From NCBI GenBank assembly GCA_030704615.1, contig CM060734.1, positions 62,000,001 to 62,064,000 of the forward strand: DNA of 64,000 nucleotides. Reading direction: 5' to 3'. The position numbers and the translations under genes are program-made. The notes beneath the pieces were generated by a model that saw nothing but the letters and a program-made list of their open reading frames with translations, was not told the origin of the DNA and searched no databases. How positions within the stretch are numbered: position 1 is the stretch's first letter; each line of letters opens with the position of its first letter. This DNA is from Takakia lepidozioides. Its lineage: Eukaryota > Plantae > Bryophyta. Positions 50,201-62,000 of this stretch are shown here, piece by piece.

Positions 50201-51055
50201 ATGGCGTGCGGGAGATTGAAGGGTGTGGCGGGGGCAAGATTGCGGGCAATCTCCTCTCCTTGTCATTTGAACTCTTTTCGCAACACATCGGTTGGCAGCA
50301 GAGTGTCGACGTCTCCATGCGGCAGCTGTTGTGCGGAAACTTGTCACTGTGGGAGAATCCCTGCCCTGTCTTACCCGGGAAGGCAGTGCAGTGACAGCGG
50401 GATGCATTTTTTGTCCCATTGTTTCTCTTCAGATTGTTGCGAGGATGTAGCTGGAATCAATCCTGAAGCTCCAGACCTATCTTCTTCTTCTGCCGTTGCT
50501 TTCGCCTGCAAGTCTCGGTACTCGGCGAATTTCTTGAGGCCGGGTTTGCTTCCTCCTTTTGCCGAGAGAGTTTATGATCAGATCGATCGGGACTTGACAC
50601 TCAATGACCACATTAATTCTCCTTCAAAGATCGCTTCCTGGTCTGATGCAATTCCAAACTTCTCTGCTGGGATTGGATCAAACCATTTTTCAGGGCTCCG
50701 AGTACGAAATTTTCCTAGGCCTCCAAGTGCACTCTCTCACAGCCGTGTTTCTAGGCCTTTGTGTGTAAGAAATTTATCAGCGCATGTTGAGAAGGACGAG
50801 TACAATCACGTAGTGGATGACATCAATTCCAAGTTTGCGGAAGCCAGGGAAGAGATTGAGCTGGCTATGGAGTCCAAAGAGACGGTATACTTCGACGAAG
50901 AAGCTGAGACTGCAAGGGCTGCCGTGAGTAAGGTGCTGGAAAGATATGATGGTTTGCTTGCAAGGCTACCGGAGTCTGAAAAGGGAGCCTTGCAGAGATC
51001 TATGGGACTTAAGATTGAGCAACTCAAGGCTGAGCTTTCGCAGCTAAATGAGTAA
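50201..51055 (+). CDS. EMB8/embryogenesis-like organellar protein, intronless
   Basis: Conserved C-terminal helical domain INSKFAEAREEIELAMESKETVYFDEEAE…LQRSMGLKIEQLKAEL. Long Ser/Arg/Cys-rich N-terminus. Confidence 0.8.
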   Translation: MACGRLKGVAGARLRAISSPCHLNSFRNTSVGSRVSTSPCGSCCAETCHCGRIPALSYPGRQCSDSGMHFLSHCFSSDCCEDVAGINPEAPDLSSSSAVAFACKSRYSANFLRPGLLPPFAERVYDQIDRDLTLNDHINSPSKIASWSDAIPNFSAGIGSNHFSGLRVRNFPRPPSALSHSRVSRPLCVRNLSAHVEKDEYNHVVDDINSKFAEAREEIELAMESKETVYFDEEAETARAAVSKVLERYDGLLARLPESEKGALQRSMGLKIEQLKAELSQLNE

Positions 51056-53239
51056 GCTAAAAGCTGGTTTTGTTGCTCATCATACCCGTTGATCCTCCGC
51101 AATTTTTCCAAATTAGGTGTTGGCATGGTTCATGGATTTGATGACTCCGTTGAGCATATCTGTCAACCTGATACTGAACTTAAACGATGCCATGATAAAC
51201 GACATGGGGAAGGCGAGGGGTTGGGGGAGTGATGAAATTAGGTGTACTTTAGCCATGATGGTCCCCGCAGGTTTAGGGCAAGGAGGAGTTTTAGTACTCT
51301 AAACGGCAGCTTCCCTTGTAACGGGAAGACGATTACAATTGCACGAAAAACTGCTGGCATTGCCAGTCACAATGCCAAATACCGGCACAGTGACAGCGGG
51401 TATCCTCCAAGGCATTTAGGATTGGAACATGGTAGTTTTTGGTAGGAAGGTAAATTGTTGGATTCTGCAGTCTTCGCCAATGAAAGCAGCGAGAGGATAA
51501 TCCAGCTGAAGTCCCTTTTAGCCTCTAAGTTCACCGAACTTGAATGGAACAGCACCTTGACATCACCAACGACGTCTTCTTGTTCTTTCCTTTTTGGACA
51601 TTTTCTGGGCTTATGATTGCAGACGTACATGTGGTTCAAGTAGTTGAGTAGTGGTTGACTTTGTGCAGTGCAATGAATTTTCAGTCTTGAAGCTGTATAT
51701 TCTTTGCCCTGCCTGAATCACCATGTCTCTGAACCTGGATATTGAGCACTAAGTAGTCCTTGAAGTTACCCTGTCGAGTAGTTACAGGTAGTTTTCAGTG
51801 TAGTCAATATTGGCTTGTGGAGTGTGGCACACAAGTTGAAATGTTTGCTAGTGTCATGTGGAGCCAGGTGGTTGTGACCGCATTGAGCTTTGTTGGATTA
51901 GAGACTTCAGGTTGACTTCAGGTTGCTCTTTCTCTACTTTGTTTTACTCCCTCACGGCATGTTCACAGGGATACAACAAGCAATTTGATGAGTACACCTC
52001 TTGCCATTGACCTTCTAAAACACCAGGTATGGGAAATTGAAGCCAAGGTTAGGTTAAAAAAAACTTGGGCCTTTGTCCTCATGTTATTGCAATCTTGGAC
52101 TGATAATCTGTTTTATCGAGGTCATTCATTCTTCTTGTTCAGCAAATGTTACTACATGCCTCTGAAATGTGAGTTCTGCGTTTACTAGGCTCTCACACTG
52201 ATGTTACTAGATGTCTACCTTGATACTTGTTTCTTTGATTGAAACCAAGTTGAGTAAGGTTCATGGAGACGGGCTGTTAAACAGTACACTTCCTATGTGG
52301 GCTGAATGAGATGTGGTGTTGTGGCACAACTCTACTGTGAGTGTCTTTCAGTCTTTGCCAAGTGTGATTTAAGGTGTGCTTCACACTCTGCACATTTGCT
52401 GAGGTTCAAACAAGTGTTTACAGGTATGTTACAGTCAAGCAGCCCAGCTGGGAGGAAGGGATCCTCTGTGCTAATCTTTGTTCATGCCAATCAAAGGCTT
52501 GCTCTAGTAGTGGGACTTAACCTTCTAGTGCTGTTGCTACTGGCCTTACTGACCTTCTCTAGGAGAGTTTTACATCTTCGTGCCCAGATTGATTTCTTGC
52601 ACCTGACCATGCCACTTACAAAGTTATCGAAATCGGCCAATCGTTGCTTAGCAAAAGCGGGCCTCAGTCGATCTGCAAAGAAAACTGACGTGCTCACTCG
52701 AGAAAGATGAGATGGTTTTGAACCAATTGTCAGCTCCATTGACAGGGAGCTTGAGGCTGACCGAGCAGATTCAAGTTATAGGGGTCTTGATCCTGAGCAA
52801 GTAGATTGTAACTGGTTTGCTGGTGCTTGGTATACTGAGATTTGTCAATCTTTCCAGATATGTTGAGGTTGACCAGCTCATGCTCCTACATGCATCTCTT
52901 GTATCTGAGAGGCATGGTAAAAGGCACTTCAAAACATTGCTCATATGTAATAACAACCAGGCACGAGTATGAAAAGGTGACAGCTGGCAGTAGTCAAAAT
53001 TACTGAAGTACGTACTGCTTTGATGCGTGTATCTTTGTCATTGAGCAGCTCAAAAATTGTTCCCAGAGCTGGCTGTGATGGCAAGGAACATGTTAGAAGC
53101 TAAGGATCAATTCAATGAGCTTTCCCATTCGAAGTAAAGCCATCAAAGATTTCTTGTGCTCTTGACCAGTGTGGCACCACGCAAAGGCTTCTTGATGTCC
53201 ACTTGTTGAGCCCAAAACAGGGGGGTTCGAGTAACTCAC

Positions 53240-54693
53240 AGTGATGTAGAATGACGGGCCATGAGTGAAAAACTGGGCCAACGCCTTGGCCAACAAAGTT
53301 CTCAACTACATCATAGTTGTACCAGTCAGCTATGTCACTGCATATGCCCCATCCAAGGTGGTGGATATGAGGAATACGACATTGTAGCTGCTAACAAGGT
53401 CAATCATAACTTTCAGGGCCTAGGTTTCTCAGGAGAAAACAGAAGCCACTCACTTGATGATGGAGCCAATTTTCTAGAATTCCACACCAGGCGCACAAAC
53501 AGCAATGGCCTTTTCCAGGCATTCCCTTGTCACCTGCCTGCGAACAAGAACTTCCACTTGTAACAAGAAGCCATTACTTGGTAAACTGCTGGAGTAAAGC
53601 GGTCTTTGTTCCATCCTTATAGCCCAAACAAACCCAATGTTTGTTCTGCATTGACTAGCAGACAATGATGTCCATTGTGTCCATGTCAAACAACATAGTC
53701 TGAGGAGCTTACAGGGTCACAAAAGTTAGGCACCCACCGATACCAATTGTCTGGCATCATCATCCACATTGCCACAGAAAAAAAGTCTTCGATGTGTCCC
53801 CATGGTACCCCTGCCAGTTCCAAGCACAACGCTCAACCAAAGCTCCTTGATGACATAAGAAAATTCTCTCTACACAGCAAAATCTTGAAGAGAATGAAAT
53901 CTTTTCTCCAGGACATTAAGCCCATCAAATGCGAGCTCCTACATCTCCATGCAGATGCCCTGACTTCTCTAAAGATGAACAGGAGTCCAAAGGAGATAAG
54001 GACATGATTGTGTTAGGTGATCTAAGATACAGTGTAGGTTCTTACAATCAGGATAGCACCAGAATTATTCAGGTACAGAATGGACTGCATTGCAATAGAT
54101 TATTTCAGAAAATCATTGACACAGGCCTTGTAAGTCCTTCATGACCTACTAGCCTCATCCCTCACTTTCACAACTAGCCAGAATATATGCTTGCAGCTAC
54201 TATGCTAGGTGTAATATACGAAGAGTGAAGGTTATCGAATACAAATACTTGGAAAATTTGCAAAATTGCTTACATGCAAATAGACGGTCACATCAATGTT
54301 GACAATATCTCCATCCTGGAATGTGCCCAACTCAAATTCATCAGAGGGATCACCAAAATAAGAGTGAAGAAAATATATTTAGCACCATGCTTTGGCTTGT
54401 CCGTAGTGACCCAAAGACCTGTAAGGACTGGGACAGATGAAGCAGCACATGAAGGGAGGAAGCAGAAGTGGGAGCCAAGCACCCATGCTGGACAGGTTCA
54501 GTAGGAGGCTGGCTGATTAACGAGACAATACCTGCAGAGGACGGGAGTCTGGAATGCCATGGCAGATACATTCATTCACAGAAGTACAGACACTTTTGGG
54601 GAAGCCACCATAGCCGAGAGGCGAGGGATATACACCTGCATCGATGATCATCTTGTGGACTGCCTTATCAATTTCATCAGTTGTCACTCCTGG
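53240..54693 (-). pseudogene. Organellar methionine aminopeptidase 1 (MAP1B/C/D-like) partial pseudogene with introns
   Basis: Exons PGVTTDEID…[64 protein letters not shown] (in-frame TAG at 53474) and FVGQGVG (metal His changed to Gln). N- and C-terminal exons not found. Confidence 0.88.
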
Positions 54694-54849
54694 CTGTGAC
54701 AACACTACCCTTAATGAGCTCCTGCTCTATCTACATGTATCAAATTTGTTGGACTCAATGTGAACTGACCAGCACACAATCAATTACTCTTCAAATCTTC
54801 AAAGATTGCTGGATCATCTGCCCCAAGATAATGTGAACGACATTTACTG

Positions 54850-55480
54850 AAACAAGGATGAGGCTGAGGACTTCATCAACAAAATGCCGGTCCAACCAGA
54901 TGCCGTGGTGTGGAAGGCCTTGCTTGGTGCCTGCAGAAATTATGGGAATGTGGAGGTGGCAGAATGTGTGGCAAAATCTATTCTCAAGTGGGATCAACAG
55001 GACACCACAACTTATGAATTGCTATCACTTATCTATGCTGCAGCTGGCAGGTGGGATGATACTGCAAAGGTGAGGAAAATGATGCAATTCAGAGGTCTCA
55101 GAAAGCAGCCAGGCCGCTGCTCCATTGACTTTGGTAAACGGGTCCACATATTTGGTGGTAGATGACAAATTGTATCCACAAATTAGGAAATCCATGCTGA
55201 GCTGAGAAGATCGTCTGGGCACATGAAGGAGGCGGGGTACGTGCCTGACACACGTTGTATTGCATGATGTGGAGGAGCAAAAGGAAATTCTCTTTGCCAC
55301 CACAGCAAGGTGGCCAGATGGGTACGGCACCGGGGACACCTCTTTGATTCATCAAGAACCTTTGAATGTGTGGTGACTCACAGCCACCAAGTTCACCTCA
55401 AAGATTGTTCGGCGAGCAATTGTTGAAAAGGATACCAGCCGCTTCACCACTTTGAAGATGGGTTTGTTCTTGTGGATATA
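54850..55480 (+). pseudogene. PPR E-E+-DYW pseudogene
   Basis: MPVQPDAVVWKALLGACRNYGNVE…KQPGRCSI…, followed by a multiply frameshifted DYW. Confidence 0.92.
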
Positions 55481-56579
55481 GTGAATTGATGTTGTGAGTG
55501 GCTTGCTTCATTCATTGAAAGCATCCAGCTACTTGGTTCATTCGCCAATGCCCTGGGAATATAGACTATGACATCCTGTTAAAGGCATTTCCTCCTCCGT
55601 GGCATAACAACGCAACAAGAGCTGATTGCGGAGTCTACCCACCAGGAGGTGGAAACTAAAGCCCGAGATTGCGCTTTGCACCCACATGACCAAAAGCAAT
55701 CTGATTACATCAGATCATGCTAGGAAACAAAATGTGTATGCCTACATTACTGCTTGAGCACCCAATTTGACCACAGATATGACACGTGGCTCTCATTGGA
55801 TTGCATAATTGTATCTCATACAAGAAAGAAAAAGAAAGATACTGCAAACATTTTCCTTACCAACAGGAAGCCAGGCAGAGTCTCGTTTGTGGAAATGATC
55901 TTCACTCTACCTGGGAAAGGTATTTGCTATATGATCTGTAGTTATGCTTGGTTGGGTAGTTGTGCCTTGCCTGTGCATAACCAGAGTGATCCTGGGTGTA
56001 ACACATCCCACCCTTAGCACAAGAGTTTAGCGTTCACACCACATCACAAGGCAAAGTGGTTCTTGTCGTGACAATGCCCTCACAGCCAAAGAAGGAGCAG
56101 TCGACCTCTCCCTCTCATTATGGACATATCCATGAGTTTGGTGTAATTGTATCAATATTAATTGAACCAATACGATGGATCTTGACTCCCTAAGTTTTTG
56201 AGTCCAAATTTGAGATATTGGACAGTTACTGGAAGCAAGAGATTTAGAAAAAGAGGTTTGCTTTCGGTGATGTGGATATTGGATATTTAGGAGATCTTGT
56301 CGCTTGTTTGAGATTAGCATCTCAAGTACTTATTGAGAACACTGGGAATCATCCCAATAATCGAGAAAAAACAAACCACAGAGGGGAAAAGGGGGTAGAA
56401 AAAGTTAAGAAGATATTCACGTCATGTCAAGACATGGACAAGACCCATAAGGGTCATTGTCAATTAAAGACATAAACAGCCCTAGACAGGGCACTATCTC
56501 ACACTTCCATTCTTACACTGCTTCCCGGGACACTTGCAGTATCATCGATTGTTGCATGAAACTATGTACAATTGTGTTT

Positions 56580-56876
56580 ACTGGACAGATGAAGGAGGCA
56601 GGGTATGTGCCTGACACACGCTTTGTATTGCATGATGTGGGGGAGGAGCAAAAGGAATTTTCTCTTTGCCACCACAGTGAGAAGCTGACCTTTGGTTTTG
56701 GGATGATCAGCATGGCCCCTAGGAGGACTCTCCGGCTCATCAAGAATCTTCGGGTGTGTGGTGACTGCCACACCTCCACCAAGTTCATCTCAAAGATTGT
56801 TGGCCGCGCAATTGTTGTACGGGATGCTAACCGCTTTCACTACTTTGGGGTTTGTTCTTGCAGGGATTTCTGGTGA
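56580..56876 (+). pseudogene. Isolated DYW-domain fragment
   Basis: [16 protein letters not shown]…HHSEKL…[11 protein letters not shown]…CSCRDFW*. No PG box or PPR repeats, and a 2-aa deletion in the FHxF-(ED)-G segment. Confidence 0.9.
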
Positions 56877-57094
56877 AACAATTTTTCCTGGAAAGATGCG
56901 AGTGTCTTGCGTCATTCATTGATCTGTGTAGCTACTCAATTCATCCACCATCTCCGGAGAATATTGACCATGATGTACTGTTGGTGAATTGGATGTGTAT
57001 GACTCCCTCACAATAGAACATTGGTTTGTGCCTGTTGGAGTTCAAGTTTGGGGGACAGTCCAATTGCCTACAGTTCGAGAATTTCCTTAATTTT

Positions 57095-57190
57095 GGGACA
57101 TTGCCAAGGATTCTGCAGGCACCAAGCAAGGCCTTCCACGCCACAGCATCTGCTTTGAGTGGCATTTTATTAATGAGGTCCTCTGCCTAC
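57095..57190 (-). pseudogene. Short PPR E-domain fragment
   Basis: EDLINKMPLKADAVAWKALLGACRILGNV. Confidence 0.85.
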
Positions 57191-58347
57191 TTCTTTACAA
57201 AATGAATGTGGAGAGAGAGGGCCACGATAAATAGGGGCACCAGCTTGATGAAAACCTACAATAACTTGTCTAACACAAATTCTCAACCAGGTTTGTGAAC
57301 CACATGGCGTGGCTAGTTGGGACCGTACACAGTTCTACAACGGTTTTCGAATGAGCCCACAAGGCGTGCTTGCACTTCATAACAGGTTGGCTACCTGCTC
57401 ATACATCACCACGCAAGTGTTGGGTTTGTCAACATGCTCAACGATTATGAATCTAATCAAACTAACTAAGTTCAGGATCCCGTGCAGGGTTTCACTTGTG
57501 GGCATCCAAGTAGCCTTCTGAGACTGGAGAAATTCAATTATGACAATTATGCCTGAGAGATAAGCTAACATGGTCCTGGTTTTACAGATATGATTTCAAA
57601 TCCTGGTGTTCTCATATCCTCGTGAACGGCTTGCTAAGTGCCGAATTCAGGTTGGCAGATAATCCACTATGGTGCTCATTTGCTGTGCCCTAGAATATAC
57701 CCCTCTTAATTTGGGATGAGTCTTTCCTAGGGTTTCCTCACAGGTTTCAAAATCCTGTAGTAGGCCGCTTATATTGCAAAGAAGCAAAGGAACAAAGAAG
57801 GGAAGAGCAGATACCTGGCGGTAAAGAGGGGACCAAAACTGGAAGTCTACCAAAGATTGCATGAGTTTGGAATAGGGCCTGGGTTGAACACCCATTTATT
57901 GTTCAAAAAATCAAAAAGATTGCTTTGTGAGACTGATGTCTGCATACAAGGACCCCCCGCATTATTTCCATGTTGTTAGCTAAGACATCAATCATCATCA
58001 CTGTTGCTGTAGACTGCTGGCTGCCAACAGAGGTGACACTATCACACTGTTTAAGAAAATGGTAGAGTATCCAGTGCCCATTTAAAGCAGTTGGGGAAGA
58101 CAAAAAGGCATAATAGGGGGAGAGAATGACCTTAATGAGTTGAGGACCCTTTAGCTGAACATGAGAAATGTAGCGCTCCACGAAGAATTTAAACCCTATT
58201 TCCACTTCCGCATCAAGAGTGTCATCACAGCGCTTGAGGACCTGAGACTTCTGACAACACGGCACAAAGTCTTCGTAAAAAATGCTTCAAAAATTTAGTG
58301 TATTTTGCGTGGCCTTATAGGGCATAATCTAACGCGAAAGCAGGCCG

Positions 58348-58438
58348 GGTGCCCGTAAGCAACTCTCCAGGCTGGCGCGGTGCGTTACACAGCGGACCGC
58401 CCACGCCAGCCTGGAGAGTTGCTTACGGGCACCACTAG
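58348..58438. repeat. Perfect 30-bp inverted repeat (hairpin) followed by CTAG-T
   Basis: GGTGCCCGTAAGCAACTCTCCAGGCTGGCG at 58348-58377 and its exact reverse complement at 58404-58433. CTAG at 58435-58438. Confidence 0.9.
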
Positions 58439-58683
58439 TCCAGTCAGCAGGAAATTCTACCACAATTTTTACTGCACAGAGGAGCGCCAGAAAATTTAAA
58501 ATTGTTTTTTACGCTCGATAAAGAGGTGGAGCAAGGGCATTCACCTGTTTAAGGACCCTGTAGAGACTGACTACATCTCCGAGGAATGAGAGCAACTCGT
58601 AGTGGATTTTAATGAGCACTTGGATGACATCTCCAAGTAAGTTACTATCCCAAAGTTTCATGTCCAATATCTTGGCTACTTAA

Positions 58684-59436
58684 CCCCTAAACGACGACGC
58701 GACCTGAATCAGTCCTTTGCCACGATCCACCTTTTGTGGATCTGAGTGGATGGAAGTGGGTCCCGAAGGTAAAGTGAGGGTGTTAGGGAGAAGCAGGCGT
58801 GGGAATTTAAAGCGCCCTGAAATATTAAAATCTCTGCTCCCTAGAATTTTTCAAAGTGTCAGGGTCTGGAAATCCAGCGTTGACTTGCCTACGTGGCAAG
58901 CCAAATGAGGAATCTTGGAAACAACATCTAGGGCTCAGATTTTATCAAAATGCCAATTGTTTTTGACAAGGCACTATATAAAGTTAGTGTGCTCTTACTT
59001 ACTAGAGGAATTAGAAAACAAACAACATCATGGTTGTACTTGGGTAAGAAGTCAAACCATGATAATTTACCCCCCAGATTTCACATACAAAGCAGCCTAT
59101 TTGTATTTGGGGGAGAGAGTCCCTTGGGTGCCATATATCAGATTATGGGGGCATCTGCCTCAAAAATTTCAACTGGACACTTGAATTTAATGGTCAAACC
59201 ATTTTTGCCATCCAATTTTCGAGTGGGCTACAAAAATTCACAATAGTATTTTGTTATAATCTACCCATTCCAACGGTGGATCTTCCTAATTTTCTGGGGG
59301 TAGATGACTGTGGTAGTCAAGAATGTATTTGTAAGGTTCAAATTTTTGGATGATTCAAGGTAGCAAGATAGAGCTCAAGACAGGCAGGTCTGTACACTTT
59401 TGGGGGTGGCCCAAAAGAGGTCTCATCCTTTAAGGG
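58684..59436. mobile_element. Non-autonomous TTAA-flanked element, piggyBac-like termini
   Basis: TTAA|CCCCTAAACGACGACGCGACCT at left versus revcomp TTAA|CCCTTAAAGGATGAGACCT at right. TTAA at 58680-58683 and 59437-59440. No coding capacity. Confidence 0.55.
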
Positions 59437-59820
59437 TTAAGTTGGTTGTATTAGAAAGTCAATCAAACAAAGAACTTCAGATAGCCTAGTGGCGCCACCT
59501 TGTACTTGATCTAGGGGTTCAGCTGCAAATCAACTAGAACAAGTGGCCATTGCTTACTAAATGTATTTAGTGTGTACATATCGACATTTCTATTAAATAC
59601 TAGATGGTCTTGTGGACAAATATAAACAGTTTTAAAATTATAAAAATTTACAATATAGTACAATATTTGCAAAAGTAGAGTAGAGGTCCATGGTTGCATC
59701 GTCAAAGCTGGAATTGTACCAGATTGAAGGTGACCAAATCAGGGGTCACCCCTGCCTGTAGGATTTGCTCATAGATCTCAAAAGCTTCCTTACCAAACCC
59801 GTGCTGAGCATATCTTGCAA

Positions 59821-60480
59821 TCATCGCACTCCAGAACAAATCACATCTTCAAAGTGGTGGAAGCGGTTAGCGTCCCATACAAAAATTGCTCGGCCAACAA
59901 TCTTTGAGATGAATTTGGTGGAGGTGTGGCAGTCACCACACACTCGAAGATTCTTGATAAGACGGAGAGGCGTCCTAGGGGTCGTGCTGATCAGCCCAAA
60001 ACCATTGGCCAGCTTCTCACTGTGGTGGCAAAGAGAAAACTCCTTTTCGCTCATATGTCTCCAAAGCCTCCCTACCAGCTCCATGCTGGGCATATCCTGA
60101 AATCATTGCACTCCAGGAGAGCACATCTCGTTCAGCCACCAGGCTGGCACATGCATTGAGAACGCACACAACCGTTACCTGGTTGGGCATAACCCCTTTC
60201 TGTTTTGCTCCAAAGCCTTTATACCACATCCAAGCTGAGCATATCCTCCGATCATCGCACTCCATGAGACCACATTTTGTCGAGCCATATTGTCAAACAC
60301 TAGATGCACATCTGTCATGTTCCCAAAATTGGCATAATGTTGGCAAGGGCAGTTTCCAGGACGATATTTGGCTCAATTCTGGCTTTGAAAATATCAGCAT
60401 GGATCTTTTTGCCCTATTCCAGGTCTGCTAGGCTGGCTCATGCATTGAGAACGGAAAATCCAAGCACCATGTGTTTGGAA
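59821..60480 (-). pseudogene. PLS-PPR/DYW pseudogene (internally deleted)
   Basis: MPNQVTVVCVLNACASL…[23 protein letters not shown] joined directly to [12 protein letters not shown]…CGDCH…[11 protein letters not shown]. Frameshifts present. Confidence 0.9.
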
Positions 60481-60604
60481 GTTGGCAATTAGGTGTGGCT
60501 TCAAATGTGTGGAAAACATGTCCAATAATGCACAAGCTACTAATATTGTGATAAATTGTCCACTCATCTGAGCAGCTGTAAAAGTCAAGCCAATATGAGC
60601 ACTC

Positions 60605-60705
60605 CTTACCCATTGGATCATAGTGTGGCCCGCATCCTTAAAGAAATCATCTGAGGGCCGCTTTCCTGTGAGAATCTCCAGGAGCACCACACCAAAGCTG
60701 TACAA
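60605..60705 (-). pseudogene. Receptor-like kinase fragment (subdomain IX-X)
   Basis: YSFGVVLLEILTGKRPSDDFFKDAGHTMIQWVR. Confidence 0.8.
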
Positions 60706-60883
60706 GCAGATGAAAAAACTTACATTATGAAACCACCACTTTGAAGCATCCGAGAAAAACTCCAGCCAGAGCTGTTTGTTGCTCATTGCTTGATCTGCGT
60801 GCAGACACTACAAGAGCATGCGAGCTCTGTCATTTCCCTTACTCTGAGGAAAATCCTGGTAGGCATTACCCCCTAAACACATT

Positions 60884-61590
60884 TTATTCAGCCGTATTCT
60901 CAAACACATCAGGCACATACCCAGCCTCCTTCATCTGCCCAGACAATCTACTCAGCGCAGCATGGATTTCCTCAATCTGTGGATGCATTTTGTCATCCAC
61001 AATGAATGTTCGCACTTCGGTGTTGACCTCAATGTAGCTACGACCTGGCTCCTTCTGCACACCTCTGGCCTTCATCATTTTCCAAACTGATGTGGCATCA
61101 TCCCACCTGCCAGCTGCAGCATGGATGTCTGATAGCAACACATAAGTTGCGGCATCTTGTTCATCCCACTTGAGGATAGATGTTGCCGCACGTTCAGCCA
61201 TCTCCACATTGCCATGGATTCTGCAGGCACCAAGCAAGGCCTTCCACACCACAACATCTGGATTGATTGGCATTTTATTAATCAGGTCCACTGCCTCATC
61301 CAGTTGTCCCGCACGTCCAAGAAGATCCACCATGCAGCCAAAGTGCTTTACTGTCGGAGTAACACCATGATCTTGACTCAGGGAATCGAAGTAGTTCTTC
61401 CAGTAGGCCAGTGTGGCTGCATGCAGAGAGAACACATATAAAGGTGATATTGTCCGGCTTCAAGCCGTTCTTTTACATTCCTTCAAATAGTTGCAGGACC
61501 TCCCTATGACAACCATGTTGGGCATATCCTGCGATCATCAAATACCCACGACACCACATGTCGTTCAGTCACATTGTCAATTACTCCCTT
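60884..61590 (-). pseudogene. PLS-E-E+ PPR fragment
   Basis: HGVTPTVKHFGCMVDLLGRAGQLDEA…KEPGRSYIEV…MKEAGYVPD, truncated before the DYW core. Frameshifted upstream repeats. Confidence 0.92.
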
Positions 61591-61904
61591 TGCCCCTCTA
61601 ATCAAGGTCATTGCAAATCATATTCACTTTCATCTTCAAGCTCTGGAGAAGATCCACCACCCACACCAGAAATATAACAGCACTCTAATTTCCTTCCACT
61701 ATCACCAGAGACAGTCAAAATCCCCCCTTCACTAACTACCTGTAGACCCCGCTACTGTTTCATGTGGATCTATGGTACAGAAATGCGCCCCTCAACAATA
61801 CATCATGGCCATTATTCTCAGGAAATGGTGGATGAATTGAGTAGCTACACAGATCAAAGAATGAAGCAAGGCATCTGCACCATTCCAACAAACAAGACAA
61901 CGTT

Positions 61905-62000
61905 TCACCAGTAATCCCTACAAGAACAAACCCCATCTTCAAAGTGGTGAAAGCGGTTAGTGTCCCATACAACAATTGCTCGGCCAACAATCTTTGAGAC
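61905..62000 (-). pseudogene. DYW C-terminal fragment
   Basis: [30 protein letters not shown]. Confidence 0.9.

Noticed and set aside
56589-56876. Functional stand-alone DYW deaminase acting in trans (DYW1-like)
   Set aside because: HSE and CxxC are present, but the PG box and any targeting peptide are missing, there is a 2-aa deletion near the C-terminus, and it sits among relics.
57320-57900. SWIM-like CKH motif of a Mutator relic
   Set aside because: A single short motif amid many stops is too weak to call.
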